From: Macrostomum lignano | Taxonomy: Eukaryota | Direction of reading: 5' to 3' | Assembly (NCBI GenBank): GCA_002269645.1 | Contig: NIVC01000254.1 | Span: 186,001 to 250,000 of the forward strand | Length of the DNA stretch: 64,000 nucleotides | Part shown: positions 47,501-63,702 of the stretch, piece by piece | Numbering within the stretch: position 1 is the stretch's first letter | Layout: every line of letters begins with the position of its first letter | Position numbers and translations under genes: made by a program | Notes under the pieces: model-generated | The model's input: the letters and a program-made list of their open reading frames with translations, nothing else | Told to the model about the DNA's origin: nothing | Database searches by the model: none

Positions 47501-48939
47501 ACGCGGGTGTTGTTCTGGGGCACACTTGTGGTGTGAAAGAGGTCCTCCGCGTCCAACAGATCGCGACCAAGTAAGCCATATGGTTTGCTCGAGTTGACCA
47601 CAATGAGCTCTGCAGGGTGCAGATGACCTCGTAGTTCAACCGTGGTTGCCAGCTTTCCGAGTGATTTCATCACGTGACCATCAAAGGCTTCTAGCCGCCG
47701 AAAACACTTCTGCAGCGAGGGTCGACCCAGTCGTTCCCATTGCGAACTGGAGAGCACGGAGACGGAGGCGCCTGTATCGATCTGCATGTGGACGGTCTTG
47801 CCATCGATAATAAGTGGCTCGGTGGCCACGTTGACAGCGTGGACGGTGCCCACGTCGCTGAGATGCATCAGAGAAGTCTTCTCATGTGGCTCATTGTCTA
47901 TTTCATGAGCTGATGGGTCAGTGACTTGGTGCACAGGCCGTGCAGATGATGAGCGACATACACTGGCGAAGTGATTTTTCTTACCACATTTTGAACAGAG
48001 CTTGCCAAAAGCCGGGCATTTTCCTTCCGAATGTGCTTTGCCGCAGTAACGACAGTCCTTGACACTCCGATGTCCATTATGTCGCTGCGAGTAATGCACA
48101 GAGGCTTCGTGTGTTTGGATTGAAGGAGCTGGCTGAGTCAAAGTCGCTTGAAAGTCGCTTGATTTTATGGACACAAAAGCTGTCACCTGCTCTAGGTCGC
48201 GAATAAAGTCGACAATTTCGGGAACCGACTTGAATGATTTGATTTGAGTGGCATCCAGAACGCGTTGTTGTTGGTTTACATTGCTGAGCCCAGAAATTAG
48301 CGCCATTTGGAGCAGTTCCTCGAGAGGACTGGTGGATGTCTTCAAATCATCAAACTTACAGTCCTTAGCGGCACGACGAAGTCGGCTAACGAAGTCAGAA
48401 ATTGATTCATTTGGTGCTTGCCGCATGGCGAAGAAACGAACGCGTTCAGCGATGACCAGCTTTTCCTTTGGCTTTAGGTACGCTTGCACGGCAGTGTTGA
48501 TTTCATCAAAAGTCAGGTCGGTCACGGATTTGGGGGCGATTATGCTTTGTATCTTCTCCAAGGCTGTGAGCCCGCAGTGCGCCAAAAAGTTGTCTGCGAT
48601 GGTCTTCTTTCCATCACTATCAGTCCAGTCCTTTGCTCGGGCCAGCGCTTGAAAGGCAGTCATCCAGGTTTGAGCTCGATCGGGCTTCTCCAGCGGCAGT
48701 TCGCCAAGTGACTGCGACGCCATTGTTGTATTTTGTGCTTTGACTCTGTGCTGAGCCGAAAGCTGTTATAACGAGAGCGTAGCTTAAGTTGAATGTATAT
48801 TTTATTTAACGAAATAAGTAACGGCAAGCCTTTATAGAGTCAGAGTCAGTCGGTAGCTGCTTGGGACACAGACAAATAAATTAACGCTGGGGCAACGACT
48901 GAAAATAAAAGTACATTGGATTCGGATCGGTATACAACA
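44525..48939 (-). mobile_element. Full-length Ty3/gypsy LTR retrotransposon, 4415 bp, Mag-like
   Basis: 216-bp LTRs at 44525-44740 and 48724-48939 with 3 mismatches; termini TGTTGTAT..ATACAACA; 5-bp TSD GCTTT (44520-44524 and 48940-48944); single intact gag-pol ORF. Confidence 0.97.
44905..48723 (-). CDS. Gag-Pol polyprotein, 1272 aa
   Basis: Two CCHC knuckles (CRYCGKAH..C and CSKCGKKNH..C), protease IDTGAS, RT YQDD, RNase H TDAS..EREALA, integrase HHCC and D-D-E, in gypsy domain order. Confidence 0.97.
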   Translation of the reverse strand: MASQSLGELPLEKPDRAQTWMTAFQALARAKDWTDSDGKKTIADNFLAHCGLTALEKIQSIIAPKSVTDLTFDEINTAVQAYLKPKEKLVIAERVRFFAMRQAPNESISDFVSRLRRAAKDCKFDDLKTSTSPLEELLQMALISGLSNVNQQQRVLDATQIKSFKSVPEIVDFIRDLEQVTAFVSIKSSDFQATLTQPAPSIQTHEASVHYSQRHNGHRSVKDCRYCGKAHSEGKCPAFGKLCSKCGKKNHFASVCRSSSARPVHQVTDPSAHEIDNEPHEKTSLMHLSDVGTVHAVNVATEPLIIDGKTVHMQIDTGASVSVLSSSQWERLGRPSLQKCFRRLEAFDGHVMKSLGKLATTVELRGHLHPAELIVVNSSKPYGLLGRDLLDAEDLFHTTSVPQNNTRVVEPLPTIKGVKARMEVVDGARPRFCRARSVPIAIEGQINAELDRLQQLGIIEPIEGPVSNASPVVWVKKKDGTLRMCADYSVHVNEKIKSDSHPIPNVEILFSRLKNAKVFATVDLRSAYWQIELDEAARDLSIINTSRGLYRVNRLQMGMKNASFIFQRTMESILSDIKGLLIYQDDILVHAPDAATLEKRLAAVRTRLQEKRVTINESKCINYTDSISFFGFKISAAGIHPDDRLVEKVRQVSAPTNKSELASFLGLVNFFGRLIPNIARKTAPLNHLRKSNVNFDWTDECSRAFNNLKAEIASAPIVQPYSLSKELTLTTDASKSSIAAVVTQEGHPVIFVSRTLSSAESNYSNIEREALAIFWAVARLKHFLHGRHFTIKTDHQPLTRLFRGGIPLNTSARIGRWAMHLMQFDFNIEYVRGRDIPHADALSRLRFDHPSADDKETFDAINVVVFESPVIEAGRILAEMDADPFTQKILMRVRNGNWQGCSQAESSFKAVSEKLTLENGLLYMQRRVYIPPRLRRAAFDAIHDTHSGIQSSYNLLSASCWGPGMQQDVSRFVQRCPVCSRLRPRVGHDRDRWPAPDYPFQRIHMDWAHVRGAGDILIIVDAHSGWIEVFPCQNRVASTVQRCLCAIFARFGMPELVVSDNAPEFVADSLNAWLRAHGVKKMESPAYYPQANGLAERAVQTVKSALRAWSERITHMDFPFYLQKVLMHHRNSSRSRGQCPAELVLGRRLRVPVVSQFEQGDNVIYQPQKSTQGSQATFLMTAGHNTAWILEDESLKLASTNQLAPSMPQQDALTADEEEANDNLPVQQPPMQMAAGEEQAPTTHEQDAPEQPNDNPMRRSSRNRRAPDRFVP

Positions 48940-49115
48940 GCTTTAGCACCAGGGGCTTTAGCACCAGGGTCTTTAGCACCAGGGGCTTTAGCACCAGGGT
49001 CTTTAGCACCAGGGGCTTTAGCACCAGGGTCTTTAGCACCAGGGGCTTTAGCACCAGGGGCTTTAGCACCAGGGGCTTTAGCACCAGGGGCTTTAGCACC
49101 AGGGGCTTTAGTACC
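48940..49115 (+). repeat. 15-bp satellite, right part
   Basis: Resumes in register after the TSD. Confidence 0.95.
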
Positions 49116-49654
49116 TGGAGCGCCAGCATTAGGGTTGTCATTGCTTAGTCCAGCCTATTATGGAAGTCAGCAGCCGCCACTGGAAAAAACAATGAAGAGG
49201 AGAGATGAGAGGGCAGAGGAACACGGCTGAGGGAACGGGAGTGAGGGCTGCAGGACCGAGAAAGATAAAAGAGGGAAAAAGTGCATGAGGAAAGAAAACT
49301 TGGCGATAAAAGCGATGCCGGCTGCACCAATTTATAGGAAATCAGTTTGGTGAGAATTTCAGGCTATCAAGACAGTCAGCACACAGTATACTTCAAAAAG
49401 TACAACACTGGCATCAGAACGGTATCATGAAAATTTCATTTTTTAGTTCTAGTCTATCAGGTACTCAGCTGTTTTAGCACTCTGCCACAACTGCACTAAA
49501 GGGAATGGAATTTTAATGCATTACCTGTGACCAAAGTCCAAATTTTTATGTGCTCCTGTGCATGTATGCTCGTATGATGATAACATCTCTCTCAAGCATC
49601 TTGACAAATGAGGGACTAGTAAAAGTATATGGCTTCCACTTCTGCTGGCCATTC

Positions 49655-50396
49655 TGGTGCTGGCGCCCCTTGGTGCTGGCGCCCCTTGGTGCTGGCGCCC
49701 CTTGGTGCTGGCGCCCCTTGGTGCTGGCGCCCCTTGGTGCTGGCGCCCCTTGGTGCTAAAGCCCCTTGGTGCTAAAGCCCCTTGGTGCTGGCGCCCCTTG
49801 GTGCTGGCGCCCCTTGGTGCTGGCGCCCCTTGGTGCTGGCGCCCCTTGGTGCTGGCGCCCCTTGGTGCTGGCGCCCCTTGGTGCTGGCGCCCCTTGGTGC
49901 TGGCGCCCCTTGGTGCTGGCGCCCCTTGGTGCTAAAGCCCCTTGGTGCTGGCGCCCCTTGGTGCTGGCGCCCCTTGGTGCTAAAGCCCCTTGGTGCTAAA
50001 GCCCTTGGTGCTGGCGCCCCTTGGTGCTAAAGCCCCTTGGTGCTAAAGCCCCTTGGTGCTAAAGCCCCTTGGTGCTAAAGCCCCTTGGTGCTAAAGCCCC
50101 TTGGTGCTGGCGCCCCTTGGTGCTGGCGCCCCTTGGTGCTGGCGCCCCTTGGTGCTAAAGCCCCTTGGTGCTGGCGCCCCTTGGTGCTGGCGCCCCTTGG
50201 TGCTAAAGCCCCTTGGTGCTAAAGCCCCTTGGTGCTAAAGCCCCTTGGTGCTGGCGCCCCTTGGTGCTAAAGCCCCTTGGTGCTAAAGCCCCTTGGTGCT
50301 AAAGCCCCTTGGTGCTAAAGCCCCTTGGTGCTAAAGCCCCTTGGTGCTAAAGCCCCTTGGTGCTAAAGCCCCTTGGTGCTAAAGCCCCTTGGTGTT
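49655..50396 (-). repeat. 16-bp derivative of the satellite, CCTTGGTGCT(GGC/AAA)GCC, in opposite orientation
   Basis: Reverse complement GGGGC(GCC/TTT)AGCACCAA is the 15-mer plus one A, with the same two variants. Confidence 0.95.
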
Positions 50397-50757
50397 AAAA
50401 CCTCTTTTTGCTGGTGTCCTATAGGCTCACAATCGCACTTGAAGTGGCGCCCTACCGCTGGCACTCTTAACCGTTTGAGCACACTGTCGTCCCAAGGTGA
50501 AGCCTTAGCAGTTCTGAATTCCGCAAAATGAGTTGCCTGCTATAGACAGAACTCAGTTCTAGCTTGCAGTCAGGCAGGCAGAAAGATGAGACTTCCTGAC
50601 AGTATCGATCCATTTTTTTATGCCAAGTAGACACTGCAAGCTTGCGTACCGGCTGCAAGATACCTTAGCTCTCATTAAAAGCTGGAATTTATGAGATACT
50701 TGATACCTGTCAGTCATAGTCACGCAATCCGCTTCGGTAGCACTTTTAGTTTGTTTA

Positions 50758-52423
<1,666 letters not shown>

Positions 52424-52604
52424 GCAGCAATTGTGCACAACAACATCATAATCAGGAAGGTGCTAGATGAATGCAGCAAAAGTACAATGCAAGCTGACTA
52501 ACTTTAATTAAAGTATCATTTTACGAAACAAAGAAAAGCAAGTAACTATAGAGCGCAATAGTAAGATGGAGTCTTTGTTCGATGCCTGATAGTCTTTGTC
52601 TTAT

Positions 52605-53213
52605 TCACTGGTCACCCACGCTGGAGCCAAACAGCTGCCCGAAGACGCTTTCCCGGTCCTCTGTAAAGAAATAGTCGTTCATGCTGGCTATGTAGGATCG
52701 CCTGTCCAGGGTCTCCTCGAATTCATCGCAGAGCAGCTCGAACAGAGGCTCGGAGAACTCCAAGGGCACATTGAAAGCCAGCAGAAGAGTCTGAGCTTCA
52801 TCCAAAACCAAGCGATTGTCCCTATTCGAGTCGCAGGCGGTGAACATGTCAGACCAACAGGACAGCCAGTCTTTCCTCAGTTGAGCCGCAGAGGCTTCGT
52901 CTTTGAGTTTGGCTTCAAATTCTGACACGAAAACTTCCGGAACAATTTTCCCGTCACGCTGCATCATGCCGAGCAATCTCGTCAGGGCGTCTTTGAACAG
53001 CGCCTTGCTCTCCTCACTCAGCTTGTCTCGCATGAACTTCAGCCAGCCGTTGAAGGTGGCCAAAATCTTCTCCTGATCGCTCTTTGTTCCATTGTGCGTC
53101 AGTTTCTTCACGAACTCGACACACTTGGCTTTCTGCAACGGCCCGACAGCCGGCTTTGGAAGGCTGTTGAGTATGGAGTCAAAGTCTTGCTGCTGCGGCT
53201 TCTGGGCGTCCAT
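52605..53213 (-). CDS. Sarcoplasmic calcium-binding protein / calexcitin-like EF-hand protein, single exon, 202 aa
   Basis: One canonical EF loop DSNRDNRLVLDE; C-terminal MNDYFFTED..LFG is typical of SCPs; the other loops are degenerate. Confidence 0.75.
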   Translation of the reverse strand: MDAQKPQQQDFDSILNSLPKPAVGPLQKAKCVEFVKKLTHNGTKSDQEKILATFNGWLKFMRDKLSEESKALFKDALTRLLGMMQRDGKIVPEVFVSEFEAKLKDEASAAQLRKDWLSCWSDMFTACDSNRDNRLVLDEAQTLLLAFNVPLEFSEPLFELLCDEFEETLDRRSYIASMNDYFFTEDRESVFGQLFGSSVGDQ

Positions 53214-53934
53214 CTGCTTAGAATTGGCTCAGTCGCGGGTTTGGCGGTGAATTTTAGCAACTAGGCATCGCCGTTAACTGCAGAGCCTGTGTACTATAAG
53301 AACAGCATGACGGGGTTGCTGCACTGCGTTGGGCTGAATCGATCTACCCCCAGTTAATATGCTGCAGCCAACCATCAACCCTTTGCTTTCTCTCTCTCTC
53401 TCTCTCTGGGTGTCCCTCTTCTCGCCCTGACGCCTGAGACTCAACTGTACAGTAGGTGAGGCACAATACAAATAATCTGGACTTTATAATTTTATCTAAC
53501 TCAGAGTTCAACTCATGCGGCTACTGAGTTAATCTACATTGACGAAGATTTGTGTGAAAGAAAAGAATGAAAGATCAAATGCAACGTTCTGTCTCGTGTC
53601 AGGTCACTCAACCATCAACTGAACGAAGTGGACGAAAAGTTTTTCTTTTCTGTCCATTTATTTTATTTTAAAAAGTCATTGAGTACATGAAGGGTAGAGG
53701 TAGGGGCTTTGAGTGCTGGCTGGTCCAAGGGGGTTGAGTCGTTGCCCCTAGCAACCAGATAGAGCGGATCGGTGAAGGGTGGGAGACAGCTCTGCGAACG
53801 CACTATGCCAACAATAGATAGACTCGGAGCTGTGACATGAGGCCTGAGAGACACTGTGGGGAGGGAGGCAAGAGACCGCACGGAGAAGACAAACCCCAAC
53901 CCCTTTTTACTCAGTCTGTACCCTCCCCCAAAAG

Positions 53935-54858
53935 GTGTACGTACACTTGCCTGTCAAATTGCAGAAAATTTGCAGAAAGACATTCATTTCTGGACGAATG
54001 TTAAGAACTGTTATTGCTTTTTGCAAGGCGAAATTGGCGTTGATACCGATGTACACATCATGGAGAAAGTGGAAGAATTCTTCAGAGAAACATCAGCATA
54101 GCGAAAGCAGCAATCAGTGCAGCACACTGATCGTCCCTGCAACGGTGCCTCGATGGAGTTTCCCAGCCGAGCTCATTCAACAGCAGCCTGCAGTTTCTAA
54201 GGACTCTTCGACACCGAAATGCCGTCAAGTAAAGCCGGCTTGGCCAGATGCTGCGGCAGTTCAAAAACGTCTCGCTGACGGATTTGAACGTCTACTGAAC
54301 ACCCTGCTGATGCTTTTGAAGCCAACATTACGCACCTGTGAGGCGCCTGCGGCGCTCACCCGAGACGATCTGCTGTCGGTTGCGGAGCTTTCGTCCACCC
54401 AACTCGGCCTGACGAGGATCCGACGACGTCAGCTGAGCCGCCTTGCCGACGAGCTGTGGACTCTGCTGGTGAGCCTCACTGACGTGTCGGACTTGGAGGC
54501 GTCGAAGAGACCGACTGCTCCACTGCCCATCACTGCTGCATCGTTGCGCTCGGGTCTGAGCAGGCGAGTTCAAACCCGACTGGACTTTTTCACTCTGCGA
54601 CGAAGTCTGTTGCGTCTGGCCGCCGACCTGTTCACGCTGCTGTCCGAGCCAGGCGTGCCCGCGAATTGGCCGGCAAGGCTGCTTGAGGCTGTGGAGTTCT
54701 CGCAGTCGGCAAGCCCAGCCAGCGGTCTGCAGTTCGTCGAAGTTCGAACGGCTCTGGTCGATGCTTCTCGGTCAGAGGGAAACAGAGCGGGCACTCAGTT
54801 TGATGGCAGGTGGCAACGGGACACCTGGATGAGACTGGTGCACGCTCAGTTCTTCTAA
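53935..54858 (+). CDS. Hypothetical Leu-rich helical protein; 5' end uncertain
   Basis: 307-codon ORF whose 3' two-thirds is GC-rich like the real exons here; possible acceptor TTTTTGCAAG near 54027; no motif recognised. Confidence 0.4.
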   Translation: MYVHLPVKLQKICRKTFISGRMLRTVIAFCKAKLALIPMYTSWRKWKNSSEKHQHSESSNQCSTLIVPATVPRWSFPAELIQQQPAVSKDSSTPKCRQVKPAWPDAAAVQKRLADGFERLLNTLLMLLKPTLRTCEAPAALTRDDLLSVAELSSTQLGLTRIRRRQLSRLADELWTLLVSLTDVSDLEASKRPTAPLPITAASLRSGLSRRVQTRLDFFTLRRSLLRLAADLFTLLSEPGVPANWPARLLEAVEFSQSASPASGLQFVEVRTALVDASRSEGNRAGTQFDGRWQRDTWMRLVHAQFF

Positions 54859-56184
54859 CCCGTGACAAGAATCGCTAAAGGGTCATTGCAAACAACTTAG
54901 TAGTGACTCTAGCGACTCTGGGCGACTCGTCTGACTTTTTAACGACTCAAAAGATTTTTAATGCGACTGAGAGGTGACCTCTGAGTCAAGGTCGTATCAC
55001 GCGAGTTTCAGAATTGTAAGAGTCGAAAAAAAGTCGTCTAAAAGTTGTTGTATTAGCGCTTGACTTTCTACTCAAGTGGACTACATAGTAGAGGTGCTAA
55101 AACTGACTTTTAGATGACTTTTACCGTGACATCCTTTTAGTTATAGTCAGCTAATTCGTTTTTTCCTATTTTACCTATGGTACCTGCAACGACTCTGATG
55201 GCTACCGTTTTCATCGGGTACCTTCTGGACTAAGCAATCATAATCAAAGTTCTGTTTAAAAATCCAACGAGCTGATCAAACGGAGCCGGTCTTAGTATTC
55301 GTTTTAAATGTGCCTTTAAAATGCTTTCAGTTCCAACTCGTGGCTCTGTATTGGTCTGTATTTGCACCTGTAGCTCTGTCCTGTAACCGAGAACTGTGCA
55401 TTTTATTGAAAGAAATATTGAATTTTATATACGCTAATAGGGTTGTGTTTCATCGCTGTTCATAGTAGGTTGATGTACAATTTTTTACTTGATAACCAAG
55501 TAAACTTATAAGCGTTCTATTATATATACTTTGGTCTCTGAAAATTTTGTCAATTTCTTTGAATTTGTTATTATGACTAATTGATGCCATTGATTATGAC
55601 TTTAGCTTGTAGGAAAAAACGTTAAGAGTACGTTAAAATTGAGTTTAATAGAAACAAAAGCCAAAAAAGACCGAGAAAGTCAACAGCCCCAACTTTTTCA
55701 GGTAGTTAAAAATGAAAGATACAGGTATAGAACACTTTTTTTGCATTTCCGTTACTCTAGGGAGTCTAGCTGCATCTAACTACTTACTTCAGTAGCTAAA
55801 AGTGACTTTTTGTCACTTTTTCAAGATTTTTACCGTAAAAACTATAAGGCTAAGTTAAAAGTTACACAAAACATGTAAAAAAAACTTCTGACCTGCCTAT
55901 AAAAAATCTTGAGCTCTCATTTTGAATGGAAGCTGGCGAAGAAAAAGTCTAAAAACTGCATAGAAGTGACATCGATGGAAGCCAAAGCTTTAAAAAATTC
56001 ACGATCCATAATCTGCTTTTCGTGTATAGTGTACTTTGAATAAAATTCACAAATGGCTACTTATCAAAGTAGCCATACAATAGCGTGGCAGCTTTCGTTT
56101 TACCGAGAGTTCAGTTCCCAAACTATGGAAATTTCCAAAATTTAAATGAAGTAAGCAAATGATTTCCTAAACCGTAACTTTCTA

Positions 56185-59100
56185 ACTGTCTAGTTTGTGA
56201 AGGGTCTAGTTTGTGAAGGTTCTAGTTTGTGAAGGTTCTAGTTTGTGAAGGTTCTAGTTTGTGAAGGGTCTAGTTTGTGAAGGGTCCAGTTTGTGAAGGG
56301 TCTAGTTTGTGAAGGGTCTAGTTTGTGAAGGGTCTAGTTTGTGAAGGGTCTAGTTTGTGAAGGGTCTAGTTTGTGAAGGGTCTAGTTTGTTAAGGGTCTA
56401 GTTTGTGAAGGGTCTAGTTTGTTAAGGGTCTAGTTTGTGAAGGGTCTAGTTTGTGAAGGGTCTAGTTTGTGAAGGGTCTAGTTTGTGAAGGGTCTAGTTT
56501 GTGAAGGGTCTAGTTTGTGAAGGGTCTAGTTTGTTAAGGGTCTAGTTTGTGAAGGGTCCAGTTTGTGAAGGGTCTAGTTTGTGAAGGGTCTAGTTTGTGA
56601 AGGGTCTAGTTTGTGAAGGGTCTAGTTTGTGAAGGGTCTAGTTTGTGAAGGGTCTAGTTTGTGAAGGGTCTAGTTTGTGAAGGGTCTAGTTTGTGAAGGG
56701 TCTAGTTTGTGAAGGGTCTAGTTTGTGAAGGGTCTAGTTTGTGAAGGGTCTAGTTTGTGAAGGGTCTAGTTTGTGAAGGGTCTAGTTTGTGAAGGGTCTA
56801 GTTTGTGAAGGGTCTAGTTTGTGAAGGGTCTAGTTTGTGAAGAGTCTAGTTTGTGAAGGGTCTAGTTTGTGAAGGGTCTAGTTTGTGAAGGGTCTAGTTT
56901 GTGAAGGGTCTAGTTTGTGAAGGGTCTAGTTTGTTAAGGGTCTAGTTTGTGAAGGGTCTAGTTTGTTAAGGGTCTAGTTTGTTAAGGGTCTAGTTTGTGA
57001 AGGGTCTAGTTTGTGAAGGGTCTAGTTTGTGAAGGGTCTAGTTTGTGAAGGGTCTAGTTTGTTAAGGGTCTAGTTTGTGAAGGGTCTAGTTTGTTAAGGG
57101 TCTAGTTTGTTAAGGGTCTAGTTTGTGAAGGGTCTAGTTTGTGAAGGGTCTAGTTTGTGAAGGGTCTAGTTTGTGAAGGGTCTAGTTTGTGAAGGGTCTA
57201 GTTTGTGAAGGGTCTAGTTTGTTAAGGGTCTAGTTTGTGAAGGGTCTAGTTTGTTAAGGGTCTAGTTTGTGAAGGGTCTAGTTTGTGAAGGGTCTAGTTT
57301 GTGAAGGGTCTAGTTTGTGAAGGTTCTAGTTTGTGAAGGGTCTAGTTTGTGAAGGGTCTAGTTTGTGAAGGGTCTAGTTTGTGAAGGGTCTAGTTTGTGA
57401 AGGGTCTAGTTTGTTAAGGGTCTAGTTTGTGAAGGGTCTAGTTTGTTAAGGGTCTAGTTTGTGAAGGGTCTAGTTTGTGAAGGGTCTAGTTTGTGAAGGG
57501 TCTAGTTTGTGAAGGTTCTAGTTTGTGAAGGGTCTAGTTTGTGAAGGTTCTAGTTTGTGAAGGGTCTAGTTTGTGAAGGGTCTAGTTTGTGAAGGGTCTA
57601 GTTTGTTAAGGGTCTAGTTTGTGAAGGGTCTAGTTTGTTAAGGGTCTAGTTTGTTAAGGGTCTAGTTTGTGAAGGGTCTAGTTTGTGAAGGGTCTAGTTT
57701 GTGAAGGTTCTAGTTTGTGAAGGGTCTAGTTTGTGAAGGGTCTAGTTTGTAAAGGGTCTAGTTTGTGAAGGGTCTAGTTTGTGAAGGTTCTAGTTTGTGA
57801 AGGTTCTAGTTTGTGAAGGGTCTAGTTTGTGAAGGGTCTAGTTTGTGAAGGGTCTAGTTTGTGAAGGGTCTAGTTTGTTAAGGGTCTAGTTTGTGAAGGG
57901 TCTAGTTTGTTAAGGGTCTAGTTTGTGAAGGGTCTAGTTTGTGAAGGGTCTAGTTTGTGAAGGGTCTAGTTTGTGAAGGTTCTAGTTTGTGAAGGGTCTA
58001 GTTTGTGAAGGGTCTAGTTTGTGAAGGGTCTAGTTTGTGAAGGGTCTAGTTTGTGAAGGGTCTAGTTTGTGAAGGGTCTAGTTTAAGAAGGGTCTAGTTT
58101 TTAAAGGGTCTAGTGTGTGAAGGGTCCAGTTTGTGAAGGGTCTAGTTTGTGAAGGGTCTAGTTTGTGAAGGGTCTAGTTTGTGAAGGGTCTAGTTTGTGA
58201 AGGGTCTAGTTTGTGAAGGGTATAGTTTGTGAAGGGTCTAGTTTGTGAAGGGTCTAGTTTGTTAAGGGTCTAGTTTGTGAAGGGTCTAGTTTGTGAAGGG
58301 TCTAGTTTGTGAAGGGTCTAGTTTGTGAAGGGTCTAGTTTGTGAAGGGTCTAGTTTGTGAAGAGTCTAGTTTGTGAAGGGTCTAGTTTGTGAAGGGTCTA
58401 GTTTGTGAAGGGTCTAGTTTGTTAAGGGTCTAGTTTGTGAAGGGTCTAGTTTGTGAAGGGTCTAGTTTGTGAAGGGTCTAGTTTGTGAAGGGTCTAGTTT
58501 GTGAAGGGTCTAGTTTGTGAAGGGTCTAGTTTGTTAAGGGTCTAGTTTGTGAAGGGTCTAGTTTGTTAAGGGTCTAGTTTGTGAAGGGTCTAGTTTGTGA
58601 AGGGTCTAGTTTGTGAAGGGTCTAGTTTGTGAAGGTTCTAGTTTGTGAAGGGTCTAGTTTGTGAAGGGTCTAGTTTGTGAAGGGTCTAGTTTGTGAAGGG
58701 TCTAGTTTGTGAAGGGTCTAGTTTGTTAAGGGTCTAGTTTGTGAAGGGTCTAGTTTGTTAAGGGTCTAGTTTGTGAAGGGTCTAGTTTGTGAAGGGTCTA
58801 GTTTGTGAAGGGTCTAGTTTGTGAAGGTACTAGTTTGTGAAGGGTCTAGTTTGTGAAGGGTCTAGTTTGTGAAGGGTCTAGTTTGTGAAGGGTCTAGTTT
58901 GTGAAGGTTCTAGTTTGTGAAGGGTCTAGTTTGTGAAGGGTCTAGTTTGTGAAGGGTCTAGTTTGTGAAGGGTCTAGTTTGTGAAGGGTCTAGTTTGTTA
59001 AGGGTCTAGTTTGTGAAGGGTCTAGTTTGTTAAGGGTCTAGTTTGTGAAGGGTCTAGTTTGTGAAGGGTCTAGTTTGTGAAGGGTCTAGTTTGTGAAGGG

Positions 59101-59705
59101 TCTAGTTTGTGAAGGGTCTAGTTTGTGAAGGGTATAGTTTGTGAAGGGTCTAGTTTGTGAAGGGTCTAGTTTGTGAAGGGTCTAGTTTGTGAAGGGTCTA
59201 GTTTAAGAAGGGTCTAGTTTGTGAAGAGTCTAGTTTGTGAAGGGTCTAGTTTGTGAAGGGTCTAGTTTTTGAAGGGTCTAGTCTGTAAAAGGTCTAGTTT
59301 GTGAAGGGTTTAGTCTGTGAAGGGTCTAGTTTGTGAAGCGTCTAATTTTTGAAGGGTATAGTCTGTGAAGGGTCTAATTTTTGAAGGGTATTGTCTGTGA
59401 AGGGTCTAGTTTGTGAAGAGTCTAGTTTGCGAAGGGTCTAGTTTGTGAAGAGTCTAGTTTGTGAAGGGTCTAGTTTGTGAAGGGTCTAGTTTGTGAAGGG
59501 TCTAGTTTGTGAAGGGTCTAGTCTGTAAAAGGTCTAGTTTGTGAAGGGTCTAGTCTGTGAAGGGTCTAGTTTGTGAAGAGTCTAGTTTGTGAAGGGTATA
59601 GTTTGTGAAGGGTCTAGTCTGTGAAGGGTCTAGTTTGTGAAGAGTCTAGTTTGTGAAGGGTATAGTTTGTGAAGGGTCTAGTCTGTGAAGGGTCTAGTTT
59701 GTAAA
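56185..59705. repeat. 3.5-kb 16-bp satellite TCTAGTTTGTGAAGGG
   Basis: About 220 units, homogeneous in the centre and degenerate at the right end. Confidence 0.98.
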
Positions 59706-59762
59706 TTTTTCAGGTTGTGAACTGCATAGTTTGTGAAGCTCGAAAACAACAAAGAACAGTTC

Positions 59763-63702
<3,940 letters not shown>

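Noticed and set aside
54860-56160. Possible DNA transposon end with GCGACTC/GACTTTT repeats
   Set aside because: No matching second terminus or TSD found.
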